Shown here in pieces: positions 34,138 through 44,574 of a stretch of 64,000 bases of DNA (the first letter of the stretch is position 1; every line of letters starts with the position of its first letter). The DNA lies in the sequence record LR597658. One strand, written 5' to 3'. The position numbers and the translations under genes are program-made. This DNA comes from Escherichia phage VpaE1_ev108. The notes under the pieces were generated by a model that ran no database searches, was not told where the DNA came from, and was given only the letters and a program-made list of their open reading frames with translations.

Positions 34138-34312
34138 TCAATGAATCTATGTTTGTAGCCCTAACCTTTTCACGTTCATCATTAAGATAATCATCAAGAG
34201 CCTTTTCAATCTGTGAATCATCTTGACAGATAACTGTAAAGACTGTAAATCCGTCTGTATCGTCAATTATCTTACCATAACCGCTTCTGGGATGTAACTT
34301 TTTAAGAGCCAT
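34100..34312 (-). CDS. hypothetical small protein
   Basis: 70-aa ORF overlapping downstream gene start. Confidence 0.45.
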   Translation of the reverse strand: MALKKLHPRSGYGKIIDDTDGFTVFTVICQDDSQIEKALDDYLNDEREKVRATNIDSLIDTSRKRKKKDE

Positions 34313-34313
34313 A

Positions 34314-34697
34314 TCAAATACCTGTGCAGCTTCTATTTTCTAAGAAATACTCCACACCATACATAGCTTTTTGCATCAAATCTTCTTTAAACTGAATACG
34401 ATGATTGAGCATAGTCTGTACATCAATATCGTCATGGTGTTTCTCTTTAATACTTGCAGATTGCAGGAAATACTCTGCAAGAACACGATACTGGTAGTCA
34501 GTCACCTTATCGGTCATCTCTGTCAAAGACTCTTCAGAGATTGGTTTAAGTAGCTCACCATTAGCTAGGGCAACACCTTTTACAATCTGGCAAGTGTCTT
34601 CTGGAACACCTGATAAGTCCACATTTGGAAGTTCTGTTGCATTGACTGGTAAATTCATTGCCATAACCATTGCAGCAGCTAATAAAATCTTTTTCAT
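34314..34697 (-). CDS. secreted/periplasmic protein with signal peptide
   Basis: 127 aa; N-terminus MKKILLAAAMVMAMNLPVNA. Confidence 0.65.
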   Translation of the reverse strand: MKKILLAAAMVMAMNLPVNATELPNVDLSGVPEDTCQIVKGVALANGELLKPISEESLTEMTDKVTDYQYRVLAEYFLQSASIKEKHHDDIDVQTMLNHRIQFKEDLMQKAMYGVEYFLENRSCTGI

Positions 34698-34741
34698 AAT
34701 GACCTCAAAGTTATATTAAATTTTGTATTACATTGAGTATA

Positions 34742-34770
34742 AAAATAAGCTATAACACCTGACTTGTCAA
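34742..34770 (-). promoter_or_regulatory. sigma70-like promoter (TTGACA-17-TATTTT) for 34314..34697
   Basis: minus-strand TTGACA = plus tgtcaa 34765-34770; -10 = rc of 34742-34747. Confidence 0.45.
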
Positions 34771-34830
34771 CAGATTTTATAGCTTATTTGGCAGATTTTT
34801 TATAAGGCTACTGCCATCCTTCCATACATT

Positions 34831-34880
34831 ACCTTACCACACCTAACCATACCTAACCAAACTACACCATACAATACCTT
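34831..34880. repeat. phased pentanucleotide array, about 10 units ACCNN (minus strand NNGGT)
   Basis: ACCtt ACCac ACCta ACCat ACCta ACCaa ACtac ACCat ACaat ACCtt; G-free on plus strand. Confidence 0.8.
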
Positions 34881-34881
34881 G

Positions 34882-34945
34882 TTAAAAGACCCTTTTAAAG
34901 ACCTTTTAAAAAGGTAAGTCTCATTTTAATGTAGCTGAGACTAAC
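34882..34945. repeat. conserved module TTAAAAGACCCTtTTTAAAGACCTTTTAAAAAGG plus hairpin gtctca/tgagac (copy 1)
   Basis: module recurs at 35014-35046 and 36272-36305; hairpin recurs at 36310-36333. Confidence 0.75.
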
Positions 34946-35010
34946 TACCCACACCAGACCCTACCTTACCACACCAGACCTCACCCTACCCCACCATACC
35001 GTATACTACC
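34941..35010. repeat. phased pentanucleotide array, about 14 units NNNCC
   Basis: ctaac taccc acacc agacc ctacc ttacc acacc agacc tcacc ctacc ccacc atacc gtata ctacc; contains 10-mer acaccagacc twice. Confidence 0.8.
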
Positions 35011-35013
35011 TCA

Positions 35014-35046
35014 TTAAAAGACCCTGTTTAAAGACCTTTTAAAAAG
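35014..35046. repeat. conserved module copy 2
   Basis: ttaaaagaccctgtttaaagaccttttaaaaagg. Confidence 0.75.
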
Positions 35047-35066
35047 GAGCCTCCGAAGAGGCTGCC
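35040..35066 (-). terminator. rho-independent terminator for 35075..35515
   Basis: minus strand gcagcctc-ttcg-gaggctcc followed by ttttt. Confidence 0.65.
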
Positions 35067-35074
35067 TAGTCAAC

Positions 35075-35515
35075 TTAGAAAGGTTTTCTACGTTGCTTGT
35101 TAATGTTAGCTTTCATAGCAGCTAAATGGTTTTGCTGTTCAATCAGTCGTGAACGTTCTTGATGACTAAGTGCCATAGTGTTCACATTCTCAATTGCTTG
35201 AGTGGCTTGCTTTAAAGCACGACCAATCTTACCAGACATTTTGCGTTTTGCAATAGTTGCTTGATGCTTAGGTTCAACCAAACGATAACCAACACCCATT
35301 GAAGCAACCAGATAAATCTTCTCTTCTTTAAGAAGTTTCTCAATAAACTTCTCAAGTCGGTTTAGACGTGTAAGTGCATAAGCCTTCATTTCATCTTCGT
35401 ACTTAACAATGTCACCTTGATAAGTTGGCTTCACAATACCTAAGAAGGTGTCCATCTCGGAATGTGATACAGTGTCACCGTAACTAAACTTTGCTGCTAA
35501 TGCTTTTGTATTCAT
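35075..35515 (-). CDS. hypothetical protein
   Basis: 146-aa ORF; basic C-terminus. Confidence 0.65.
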   Translation of the reverse strand: MNTKALAAKFSYGDTVSHSEMDTFLGIVKPTYQGDIVKYEDEMKAYALTRLNRLEKFIEKLLKEEKIYLVASMGVGYRLVEPKHQATIAKRKMSGKIGRALKQATQAIENVNTMALSHQERSRLIEQQNHLAAMKANINKQRRKPF

Positions 35516-35517
35516 AA

Positions 35518-36123
<606 letters not shown>

Positions 36124-36202
36124 TTAGTTGATTGTTAAGTTGTTTGTAAAGAACCCTCAACAGAAGACTCTTTAGAAACTTGGTAGATTTTTAACGTGGC
36201 TA

Positions 36203-36270
36203 CTACCATCCACCCATACTTTACCTAACCAAGCCGAACATCACACAACCAGACCGAGCCGCACCCCGCC
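36203..36270. repeat. phased pentanucleotide array (NNNCC)
   Basis: ttacc taacc aagcc gaaca tcaca caacc agacc gagcc gcacc ccgcc. Confidence 0.75.
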
Positions 36271-36271
36271 T

Positions 36272-36337
36272 TATTAAAAGACCCTCTTTAAAGACCTTTT
36301 AAAAAGGTAAGTCTCATTTTAATGTAGCTGAGACTAA
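36272..36337. repeat. conserved module copy 3 plus hairpin
   Basis: ttaaaagaccctctttaaagaccttttaaaaagg then gtaagtctcattttaatgtagctgagactaac. Confidence 0.75.
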
Positions 36338-36340
36338 CTA

Positions 36341-36430
36341 CCCATACCCTACTTTACCTTACCGTACAGTACTTTACCCGACCACACCGGACAATACTTA
36401 ACCCTACCTCACCCGACCGGACATCACTTA
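36341..36430. repeat. phased pentanucleotide array, about 18 units AC(C)NN
   Basis: ACCct ACttt ACCtt ACCgt ACagt ACttt ACCcg ACCac ACCgg ACaat ACtta ACCct ACCtc ACCcg ACCgg ACatc ACtta. Confidence 0.75.
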
Positions 36431-36490
36431 AAAACCCTTTTCAAAGACTCTTAAGTGATGCTGGTGAGTACCCGTTGGTTTATGATGCTC

Positions 36491-36518
36491 AGTATACTCA
36501 CCAAATTTTCTATGTCAA
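36491..36518 (-). promoter_or_regulatory. sigma70-like promoter (TTGACA-16-TATACT) reading into the repeat region toward 35518..36120
   Basis: minus-strand TTGACA = plus tgtcaa 36513-36518; -10 TATACT = rc of 36491-36496. Confidence 0.5.
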
Positions 36519-36674
36519 CAACTTTTATAAAAAAGTTCTGATAGCTATATGCGTCACGAAACAAAAGATTGTAAACAAGACACCCATTGCAAAAGATGTG
36601 TCCAAAAGCTTACTTGCAACGTATGACAATACAAAGACAACCAGTATAAATAGAATGACTGTACTGAACATAGT

Positions 36675-37775
36675 TTACTCATAATCCCTAATAACTAGCC
36701 CTACAGGAAACTGTAAAGAACCTTTACGAGTCATCTTCTGGAACTGAACAGTTAAAGGTTTCCCGATAAACTCTTCAGGATGTTCAGCAAGATACTGTTT
36801 CTTCTCGTGTGTAGTTTTCCATGAAACATCTACAAAGACGTTAGGAAGAGTCTCTACAACGAACTTGCCATGACCACGCTTATCGGTCTTTACACCAGTC
36901 ACTTTAAACTCTTCAGTGTGCATCTTCTTGTGCTTAATCAAGAAGTATGAACGGTGACAACACTCATAGAAGGAGTCTTCAGAGATTGAACGGTACATTG
37001 CACCTTCAAACTTAGCTTCAACCCACTTATCATGAGCTTCATCAAACTCTTCCCAAGAATTTACACGGATAGTCTGTACAGGAACCACTCTACAGGTATC
37101 CCCAATCTCAACAATGGGTGAGTTATCAATAACTTCACGACGCTCAGGCCAAGATTTTGAATTGTCACAGATATCATACCAGTAGAATTTAAGAAGGTGA
37201 CGGTCTGGATTGTCAGCATTCTTAATCATAGAGACAATATCTTCTAAGTCCCAACCATGAGCATAAATCTCACCATCAAAGTCTTCAACTTGTGGATGTA
37301 ATTTAAGCAACAAAAGCAAATCTGGAATTAGTTCTGCTGGAACGTTGTAAACAGTATTCTCACGAGAATAAGCTGTGAAGCTAACTGAATCAGCATCTCT
37401 TGAAATTCTACAACGAACACCATCAAGTTTTGGTTGAGCATCAGCAGGAAATTTCAAATACTTTGCATGACTAACCTTTGCAGCATCATGAGCAAGCTGT
37501 ACACCTACCTTCTCAGTATTCTGTGCAGACTCTTTTGTGTAAGCATAACCTTTACGGTCAACTTGCTTTTTATACTTAGCAGCAACTTCAAAGAGGGCTT
37601 GCTGTTCAGCATTACGCTCATTCTTTTTACCGATGTTTTTAGGCTCTGCTGTATACTCTTCAAACATCATCTTGCCATTTTCTTTACCGTAGGTTGTAAT
37701 AACTTTGTCACCTACAGCAACGCATGACCAGACGTTGAAAGAGCCATCTTTATTTTGTTTGTACAGAATTGTCAT
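36675..37775 (-). CDS. ATP-dependent DNA ligase
   Basis: 366 aa; adenylation motif I KLDGVRC (KxDG). Confidence 0.8.
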   Translation of the reverse strand: MTILYKQNKDGSFNVWSCVAVGDKVITTYGKENGKMMFEEYTAEPKNIGKKNERNAEQQALFEVAAKYKKQVDRKGYAYTKESAQNTEKVGVQLAHDAAKVSHAKYLKFPADAQPKLDGVRCRISRDADSVSFTAYSRENTVYNVPAELIPDLLLLLKLHPQVEDFDGEIYAHGWDLEDIVSMIKNADNPDRHLLKFYWYDICDNSKSWPERREVIDNSPIVEIGDTCRVVPVQTIRVNSWEEFDEAHDKWVEAKFEGAMYRSISEDSFYECCHRSYFLIKHKKMHTEEFKVTGVKTDKRGHGKFVVETLPNVFVDVSWKTTHEKKQYLAEHPEEFIGKPLTVQFQKMTRKGSLQFPVGLVIRDYE

Positions 37776-37978
37776 TTTCTCTTACCACCAATCTCTACGT
37801 CGATAACTTGAACATCGCCAGCAACATCAAACTTATGTATGATGCTTTCCACAGTATAAGTCCAACCATCAATGCGAACCATCTCACCTTCTCGTGGAAC
37901 TATTGGATTACGTTGAGCTACAGTTGTAGTGGAGTGAACAACATCATAACGATAGATATAGTTTACTAATACTTCCAT
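37772..37978 (-). CDS. hypothetical small protein
   Basis: track ORF 37772..38077 overlaps the lipoprotein gene; internal ATG at 37978 with RBS gaggt gives 68 aa without overlap. Confidence 0.45.
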   Translation of the reverse strand: MEVLVNYIYRYDVVHSTTTVAQRNPIVPREGEMVRIDGWTYTVESIIHKFDVAGDVQVIDVEIGGKRK

Positions 37979-37988
37979 CGTTAAAACC

Positions 37989-38246
37989 TCACTCAATAAC
38001 CGTAGTATGTGATTGACCATTTTTGCCATAGCTATAAGATGTTGTTGTTTGAGAGTTTGGGCATCTGACAACAACAATATCTCTGCTTATAGCATCACCA
38101 TTGAGTTTGTAGATTTTGCAGTCTTGCATCTCTGGAGGGAGGCTGTAAGAAGCATCTTTGTTTTCATAAGATGGGTTGCAGCCAGCCAGAAAAATTACTC
38201 CAAGTGCAACCATTGCTTTCACACAACTCTTAACCTTATTGTTCAC
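37989..38246 (-). CDS. small lipoprotein (superinfection-exclusion candidate)
   Basis: 85 aa; signal peptide and lipobox VIFLAGC; two further Cys in mature part. Confidence 0.65.
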   Translation of the reverse strand: MNNKVKSCVKAMVALGVIFLAGCNPSYENKDASYSLPPEMQDCKIYKLNGDAISRDIVVVRCPNSQTTTSYSYGKNGQSHTTVIE

Positions 38247-38378
38247 GATAGTCTACCTCTCTGTATGTTTTTAAATAGTGAGTGATGAGTTCTGGTAATT
38301 CACTACGTTTAACGTTTGAACGAAGAAGTGTCCAGTCAAAACCTTTACCAACCCTTCCCCAGAGACTGTACATTTTCT

Positions 38379-38612
38379 TCATAGCAACTCCAGAATATCA
38401 ATACGTTCGCCTTTGAGTACTCCAGTACGGTCTTTTGCAATCTTACCGTCAACGATAAGGATGTGTGTAGACCTTAAAGCATCGTTGTTAAAGGTTTTTA
38501 CGAACTTGCTAGGCATGACTACAATGGACATCTCCTGAATTAACTCTGGAGTGTAGCAGTTATCATGAAGTTGCTGAATAACGTCTGCAAGTGTCATTTT
38601 TGATGTCTCCAA
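38379..38612 (-). CDS. hypothetical protein
   Basis: 77-aa ORF. Confidence 0.5.
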   Translation of the reverse strand: METSKMTLADVIQQLHDNCYTPELIQEMSIVVMPSKFVKTFNNDALRSTHILIVDGKIAKDRTGVLKGERIDILELL

Positions 38613-38803
38613 TACTCAATGTCAATAAGTTCTTGTGCAATGCTTTTAAGGTTACCTTTCAAGAAAACCTTCTCAGAACCTGAAAGAGATGAATTGTCAA
38701 TTAACCTGTTCATTCTCTCAAACAACTTCTGCTTACGATTTTTGATAGTCTCCTTTGAAGCACCTTTCATCATTGCTGCATGGGTTCTTCCACGATGGCT
38801 CAT
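38594..38803 (-). CDS. hypothetical basic protein
   Basis: 69-aa ORF. Confidence 0.5.
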   Translation of the reverse strand: MSHRGRTHAAMMKGASKETIKNRKQKLFERMNRLIDNSSLSGSEKVFLKGNLKSIAQELIDIEYWRHQK

Positions 38804-38854
38804 AATCCCTCCTATACAAGATGTAGTATAAGGTACTCTTCCCTGAGCACCTTG

Positions 38855-39370
38855 TCAACTTAGTTTTGCAAACTCTCCGTGGAGTTTAATAGCAGCTTCA
38901 CAGTAAGCTTTATGGGCTTCTTCTTCTGTTGTGTATGTTCCTATATGTATGGTCTTGCCATTATGGTTAATCTGGGCTATCCACTTACCAGACTTGCTTC
39001 TACTTGTGCCTTTTAAGTTTTTTGATGTTCTAGGTTGTCTCCTATTAGACATGTTCTGCTCTTTTGTGGCCTCTCTTAGATTGTCCCAAGCGTTATTCAA
39101 ACCATCTCCATCTTTGTGGTCAATGTGTTTATCAGGCCACTTACCTGTCATCCAGAACCAAGCAATTCGGTGATTGCCTGTCCTGTATCCTAAAATCTGT
39201 GTGTGCATATACACACCAGACCTTGTGCGCTTAATTGCTCCGGCTTGGCTTCCAATAACCACCCTACTACTATGTGGAGGTCTGCCAATCCATGTTAAGA
39301 CCCCTGTTTCGGGGTCATAATCTAACCAAGACTTTAACTGTTCATGTGTGAATCCACAATCTCTCATCAA
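38855..39370 (-). CDS. HNH homing endonuclease
   Basis: 171 aa; HIDHKDGDGLNNAWDNLREATKEQN; paralogous to 61126..61617; sits immediately after the polymerase gene. Confidence 0.75.
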   Translation of the reverse strand: MMRDCGFTHEQLKSWLDYDPETGVLTWIGRPPHSSRVVIGSQAGAIKRTRSGVYMHTQILGYRTGNHRIAWFWMTGKWPDKHIDHKDGDGLNNAWDNLREATKEQNMSNRRQPRTSKNLKGTSRSKSGKWIAQINHNGKTIHIGTYTTEEEAHKAYCEAAIKLHGEFAKLS

Positions 39371-42066
39371 TGCACCTCATACCAGCTCTTACCAACCTTA
39401 CCTGTGCCAGTTACAAGCGTCTCACTCTTCAAACCTAAATTCTTAGATGCCTGACCATACATCCAGTCAGTTATGGCTTTAACTTCTTGAGTCATACTTT
39501 CTGGGCATTCCCAACTGTTTTCATCGTGGTATGCCAGCAAAAGCCTAGCACCGATTGCTGGTTTTCGTCCATTTAATTTTGTCAACCCTTCTTCACATGC
39601 TCTTCTACAAGCAAGGTTAATTGCCTCATTTTGAATCTGAGCCTCCGAACCCATAAGCAAATAATTCAATAACTTATGTGGAGATTTACACCACAACCAA
39701 GCTCCAGCAACCTTTACGAAGCCCCCTTTAGAGATTGCAGCGGTCTTACCAAACACCTCTTCAAGTGCCTTTTTAGTTGCTTTGTAGTCAGCTTCCAAGT
39801 CATCTAGCAGCTTCTTAATTTTAGGCAAACGAATAAAGTAAGTCTGTTTAGTCAGTGCACCTTCCTGAGTAGTTGCAGCTTTAATCGTCTTAGCAAACTT
39901 CTCATCACCTGCACCGAACAGCAGTGCATAGATACCATTCTTAGCTTTCTTACGGCCTTTGCTAATCTCATGGAGAAGGTTCTCATCCTGAGTAGCTCGA
40001 CAAGTCAAGATATCCTGCTCATCATTCAAGCTAAAGTAAATACTGTTCAATGTATGTGCATCAGTCCCTGAATAGACAACGTACAGGTCATTCTCAGAGT
40101 CATAGCGAAGGTACTTATCAATCTCTGGGTTCAGGTACTCATCAAAATGTTTGCAGTAATAGCGTCCATCTTCTTGACGAATGAACTCAATTTCTTCTTT
40201 ACCTTGCGTTACCGCTTTGGTGAAGTCTTTATCACCCATAAAGTTACAAAGAAGAACTAGCTGGGCTGAGTTCATATCTACAGAGACAACGTTAGTACCT
40301 TCCTCACAAATCCATACTGCCCTCATTGGTTCTCCATAGACAGCAGCACCAGACGGTACGTTTACAATACCATACTGTGTCATACGTCCAGTTGAAGTAC
40401 CAAACACCATTGCACCAGCACTAAGGCGACCATCAGGACGAATCTGGTTAAGCCAACCTTTTTCATCATCCTTTGAGTTCTCAATAGTTCTGCGTCGGTG
40501 CATCAAAGTATAGTACTTAGCAATCTTCTGTCCAAGCTCACCTTCAATCGTATCATAAGATGATTCAGTAAGTTTTGGTGAAGTACGGATTAAGCAAGGT
40601 TCAAGCAAATCTGTGTATTTCTTCACAGACCAGTTATGCTCGATGTACTGTACACCTTCATGTTCAACATAACTCAAACCACACCGCTCAACCATTTCCT
40701 GCCACTTAGGATGCTTTGTAATCATCTTTTTATTGTCTTTGAAACGACAAACTTTGACAGGGCGACCATCTGAGTCTTTCTTGTAATTCCAGTCATCTGG
40801 AACCCAACCAACTGATTTCAAGTAGTCTTTAACAACTGCTACCTGAGTCATACGAGAAACTTCAAACTCAATTGGTGTATATGGCGCATCAATCAAACCT
40901 GTGTAGCGACTTGACTCAAGTTCAAAGTGGTTAACAACGTGGCTGTTATAGTACTTCACAGTTTTGACTGTTTTTACTGGTTTCCAGTCTTTGCATTTCT
41001 TACCAATCTTTGCGTTCAACTCATTGCAAATTGCACGAGCATCCTTCATTGCTACAAAACCCTCCTTGTACTCTTCACCAGTTACAGAGTTGGTTGGCGT
41101 ATAGCAATTTCTCTTTTCAATGTTAAAAATCTTTGTAGTTGGCTTACCAAATGGTTTGATTTCGTATGTCTGCATCTCACCATTACGTACCTGCTGACGA
41201 TACTTTGTCTTAGGGTACTTGGTAATTCTTTTCAGTCCATCTGCATGACCAAATGTTTCAACATACTCATTCCAAGCTTTTGCAAACTCTTCTCCAGTGA
41301 CTTTACCTTTGGTCTTAATAGTTGGAGGTAGATGTGGTTCAACCTCTGAAGCAAGCTCATTAGTCAACTTGTCAAGCTCCTTTACATGGAACTCCATAAG
41401 CTCTTTATCAGCTTTCCAACCATTGATAGCTTGTTGACTCATCCAGAAAGATGTTTCTTTAGCTCGCATGTAAGTTTCATAAGTGTCTATACCACACTTC
41501 TTAAGCTTGAGATACTCGTTATCAAGTGCCCGTTTAGTTTTGGCGTTAATACGTATATCTTCTACAACACGAGTGAAGATTTCTGCATTCCACACACCCC
41601 AATGCTCAATCTCTGGTTTACGAACACCAACACGAGCACCCCATGCAGCCAAACCATGAGCACCTTTATAGCCCTTTGGAGTTGGTCTATCCATCCACTG
41701 AACACGAGACTGGATAAGAGAATCCTGAAAGAAATTACTCCACGGTTTACACTTTGGATTATCAAAGTTCCATAAATCAGGTGCAATGTGATTGAAAACC
41801 CACCAGTCATAACCGAGACCATTATGGATGCAAAGACGTTTTGCCTTTAACGCAAACTCAATACCTTCACGTAAGCCACCCTTAATGTACTTGGTATACT
41901 TGTGACCGAGGATAGGCTCATCTGTAAAGACCCATACAGGCGGCTCTTCATCGTCAGATTTATAGTCTGCGAAAGCCATTACGTGCACTTTAGTGAACTC
42001 AAGGAGTAAACCATCAGTTTCTGTATCACCAACTAAATGTAAGTTTTTAAAATCTACGTTTTCCAT
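39367..42066 (-). CDS. DNA polymerase, family A, with 3'-5' exonuclease domain
   Basis: Exo I VGDTETDG; motif A SVDMNSAQLVLL; motif B RKKAKNGIYALLFGAG; motif C LLAYHDE; likely start is M11 (ATG ending 42066) after RBS gagggag; track ORF extends to 42096. Confidence 0.85.
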   Translation of the reverse strand: MENVDFKNLHLVGDTETDGLLLEFTKVHVMAFADYKSDDEEPPVWVFTDEPILGHKYTKYIKGGLREGIEFALKAKRLCIHNGLGYDWWVFNHIAPDLWNFDNPKCKPWSNFFQDSLIQSRVQWMDRPTPKGYKGAHGLAAWGARVGVRKPEIEHWGVWNAEIFTRVVEDIRINAKTKRALDNEYLKLKKCGIDTYETYMRAKETSFWMSQQAINGWKADKELMEFHVKELDKLTNELASEVEPHLPPTIKTKGKVTGEEFAKAWNEYVETFGHADGLKRITKYPKTKYRQQVRNGEMQTYEIKPFGKPTTKIFNIEKRNCYTPTNSVTGEEYKEGFVAMKDARAICNELNAKIGKKCKDWKPVKTVKTVKYYNSHVVNHFELESSRYTGLIDAPYTPIEFEVSRMTQVAVVKDYLKSVGWVPDDWNYKKDSDGRPVKVCRFKDNKKMITKHPKWQEMVERCGLSYVEHEGVQYIEHNWSVKKYTDLLEPCLIRTSPKLTESSYDTIEGELGQKIAKYYTLMHRRRTIENSKDDEKGWLNQIRPDGRLSAGAMVFGTSTGRMTQYGIVNVPSGAAVYGEPMRAVWICEEGTNVVSVDMNSAQLVLLCNFMGDKDFTKAVTQGKEEIEFIRQEDGRYYCKHFDEYLNPEIDKYLRYDSENDLYVVYSGTDAHTLNSIYFSLNDEQDILTCRATQDENLLHEISKGRKKAKNGIYALLFGAGDEKFAKTIKAATTQEGALTKQTYFIRLPKIKKLLDDLEADYKATKKALEEVFGKTAAISKGGFVKVAGAWLWCKSPHKLLNYLLMGSEAQIQNEAINLACRRACEEGLTKLNGRKPAIGARLLLAYHDENSWECPESMTQEVKAITDWMYGQASKNLGLKSETLVTGTGKVGKSWYEVH

Positions 42067-42126
42067 TTTTACTCCCTCTAAAATCATTAACCTCATACAT
42101 TACTGCAAAAAATTATAAAAAGCAAG

Positions 42127-42160
42127 TTGACAATGTACTTGACAAGGTGTTAATCTTTGC
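42127..42160 (+). promoter_or_regulatory. tandem TTGACA boxes with conserved CTTGACAAGGTG 12-mer in divergent intergenic region
   Basis: agcaagTTGACAatgtacTTGACAaggtgttaatct; near-identical to 79-119. Confidence 0.5.
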
Positions 42161-42323
42161 GAAGTGGGTTTTTACTTAAAAGGTTACTTAACAGTTTAAC
42201 TATACAGATACTTTAAAACTCTTAAAAGATTATTTAATAGCTTTTAAAAAGCTTTAAAGTATAACGTATAGAATACGTTAAGATAAAAGATTAAAACTTA
42301 ATAGTTACTTAAAAGAGGCTTAC

Positions 42324-42746
42324 ATGCAGAAAATGTTTGTTCACCCAGACATAGCTGACTTTGTTAGAGCTTTGCAGAAGTTGGAAGAACTTGACATTGC
42401 TGCTCAACGGGAATATGCTCACCATCACAGGAGAATGGTTGATATACAACATGAAATAGAGTTGGCTGAAAACTATGAAGATGACTTAAAATGCTCTGTA
42501 TTTGAGCATATGAAAGATGTTGCTACAGCTAGACGTAAAGCTAAAGACACAGTTGCTTTACTAGATTCTCTTAAAAAGAGGTTGCAAAGTGGTACAGACC
42601 TGTGTAATCTAGCGTCACTGATTAATGATGTTGAAACTTCTTGGGATAGACATTACTATCCACGTTCTGAAAAGACACTTGACTTTTCTTCATCCGAAAA
42701 CTTAAAATGTTCTAGAAAGAAACTTAACCAACTGAGAGAGAAATAA
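42324..42746 (+). CDS. hypothetical protein
   Basis: 140-aa ORF. Confidence 0.65.
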   Translation: MQKMFVHPDIADFVRALQKLEELDIAAQREYAHHHRRMVDIQHEIELAENYEDDLKCSVFEHMKDVATARRKAKDTVALLDSLKKRLQSGTDLCNLASLINDVETSWDRHYYPRSEKTLDFSSSENLKCSRKKLNQLREK

Positions 42747-42747
42747 T

Positions 42748-43560
42748 ATGAATACCAATGTAGAACAAATGCTTGAAGAAAAAGGTATTGACGAAGCATT
42801 CTTAATCAATGCCGTAGAAAGCATGGCTATGATTCTTCGTGGAAACAACTATACAGAACAGTTTATGCCTGCAAGCTATAACCTGCCTAAAGACAAGTCT
42901 GATAACGGTGCTTTTGCAGAACAGGTTAATATGATGCTGTGTGACAAAACACTTGCTTTAGCATCTATTGTTGTAGGTGTTGATGCTCTTGCAGAGTTCA
43001 TTTTTTATGAGATGCAGAAAAATGACTATATTGCCATGACCTCTGAAGAAAAAGACTCGCTACTGCTCTTAGGTTATGATGAGCTAGTTAACCTATTAAT
43101 TTCGTCAACGAGTGCTGTTATGGCTGCTCTTGAGAAGCGCATGGAAGAGAAGCTTTCACGGTATGAAAAACTTGATTGGGGTGTAGAGGAATTAAACCCA
43201 CGAATCAAAGAGATTATCCAGCAAACCAAAGATTCTTTGGAAGAAGCTGTAAAAAATGATTCTGTAGCTGACATAGAGCCACTTCAGGTGAAAGTTGCAT
43301 TGATGATTCCAGCCATCTCCACGATGATGAATATCGTTGCACTAATCCAGCTTTCACAGATGATGGGCACAAGCATTGAGTTCATTGAGAGTATGACTGG
43401 TGGTGTGAGTATGCAAGCAATCAATGATGTTCTGGTGAGCATTGGTGCTTCAATCATTGAAGAGAAGCTGCGCATTAACTTTGGTGATGATTTTGTGAAG
43501 CAAATCTCAGCTATGGCTGAAAAAGAGTATTCACAGACTAATACTGACCAACTGCACTAA
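42748..43560 (+). CDS. hypothetical protein
   Basis: 270-aa ORF coupled to upstream gene. Confidence 0.65.
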   Translation: MNTNVEQMLEEKGIDEAFLINAVESMAMILRGNNYTEQFMPASYNLPKDKSDNGAFAEQVNMMLCDKTLALASIVVGVDALAEFIFYEMQKNDYIAMTSEEKDSLLLLGYDELVNLLISSTSAVMAALEKRMEEKLSRYEKLDWGVEELNPRIKEIIQQTKDSLEEAVKNDSVADIEPLQVKVALMIPAISTMMNIVALIQLSQMMGTSIEFIESMTGGVSMQAINDVLVSIGASIIEEKLRINFGDDFVKQISAMAEKEYSQTNTDQLH

Positions 43561-43577
43561 GTCTTTATAAACCTTAC

Positions 43578-43603
43578 AAGCCTCCTTAGTTGGGGGCTTT
43601 TTA
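43578..43603 (+). terminator. rho-independent terminator
   Basis: aagcctcc-ttagtt-gggggctt followed by ttttt. Confidence 0.6.
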
Positions 43604-43621
43604 GTAATTAAGGGAGATAGA

Positions 43622-44365
43622 ATGAGTAATATTATCGCATTTACTGGAAAGGCACGTTCTGGAAAAGACACCTCATGTTCTATTGTGAAGAACATCTTAG
43701 AGGATGAGCACGGCTACAATGTTGCTGTAATGGCCTTTGCAGACAACCTTAAACTGTCTGCATCAAAGATATTTGACCTGACTTGGAATGACCTGTATGG
43801 TGAAACTAAAGAGACTCCGCAGGTATTTGACTTATCATATCATGAACTGATGTTTAAAGTTACGGAAGCTATGGAGTTCACCTTCAGGGATGAACGTTAC
43901 CATATGGACTTCAAGCTTATGTCAGAGTTAACCGGACGATTAATCATGGAGCTTAAGAAGGTTGCTAAACCGACTCTATTGACACGTCTGGGGTTTAGCA
44001 AAAAGTATAAATTCTCATCAAGACAAATTCAACAGATTTGGGGTACTGAAGTTGTCCGTAAAGTAATGGGAGACAAGTTCTGGTCTAAAGACCTTGAAAA
44101 AAGAATGGTTAGATTCTATGAAAGTTGCTCACTTAGAAATCAATATGGTTTTGTCTTAATCAGTGATTTAAGATTTGACTCTGAAGCTGAGTGGCTGAGT
44201 AGATTTGCACACCAAACTATTGAAGTAAAAAGAGACAATGTGGATAAGATTTCATCACACGTTTCAGAAAATGGGCTATCCACCAAATATGAGCGTGACA
44301 TTATTCATAATAATGGTACTCTTACAGACCTTGAGAACAAGCTAAGAGCCATCATTAAAGTTTAA
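43622..44365 (+). CDS. deoxynucleoside monophosphate kinase (T4 gp1-like)
   Basis: 247 aa; N-terminal P-loop IIAFTGKARSGKDT. Confidence 0.6.
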   Translation: MSNIIAFTGKARSGKDTSCSIVKNILEDEHGYNVAVMAFADNLKLSASKIFDLTWNDLYGETKETPQVFDLSYHELMFKVTEAMEFTFRDERYHMDFKLMSELTGRLIMELKKVAKPTLLTRLGFSKKYKFSSRQIQQIWGTEVVRKVMGDKFWSKDLEKRMVRFYESCSLRNQYGFVLISDLRFDSEAEWLSRFAHQTIEVKRDNVDKISSHVSENGLSTKYERDIIHNNGTLTDLENKLRAIIKV

Positions 44366-44373
44366 AAGAGAGA

Positions 44374-44574
44374 ATGAAGATGAGAGTAAAAGACAATTTT
44401 AAAGTTATTGACCACCGTTTAGTGGAACTCTCATCTCTTTCCAATGAGGTAATGATTGAACGTCTTAAGAGAGTTGAATCACGAAGGAAAGAGATTGCAG
44501 ATGAAATTCATGAACTGGACAAGATTGAAAATGGATTGAAGGCAGAACTACAACGAAGAGGTGCTAATGTCTAA
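44374..44574 (+). CDS. hypothetical small coiled-coil protein
   Basis: 66-aa ORF overlapping primase start. Confidence 0.5.
   Translation: MKMRVKDNFKVIDHRLVELSSLSNEVMIERLKRVESRRKEIADEIHELDKIENGLKAELQRRGANV

Noticed and set aside
36475-36684. 69-aa plus-strand ORF in the ligase-proximal intergenic region
   Set aside because: Lies on the non-coding strand of a minus-strand gene block and overlaps a predicted minus-strand promoter.
42066-42096. DNA polymerase start at the upstream Met (42096)
   Set aside because: The RBS gagggag lies inside the first 10 codons of the long frame and directly precedes the ATG ending at 42066.
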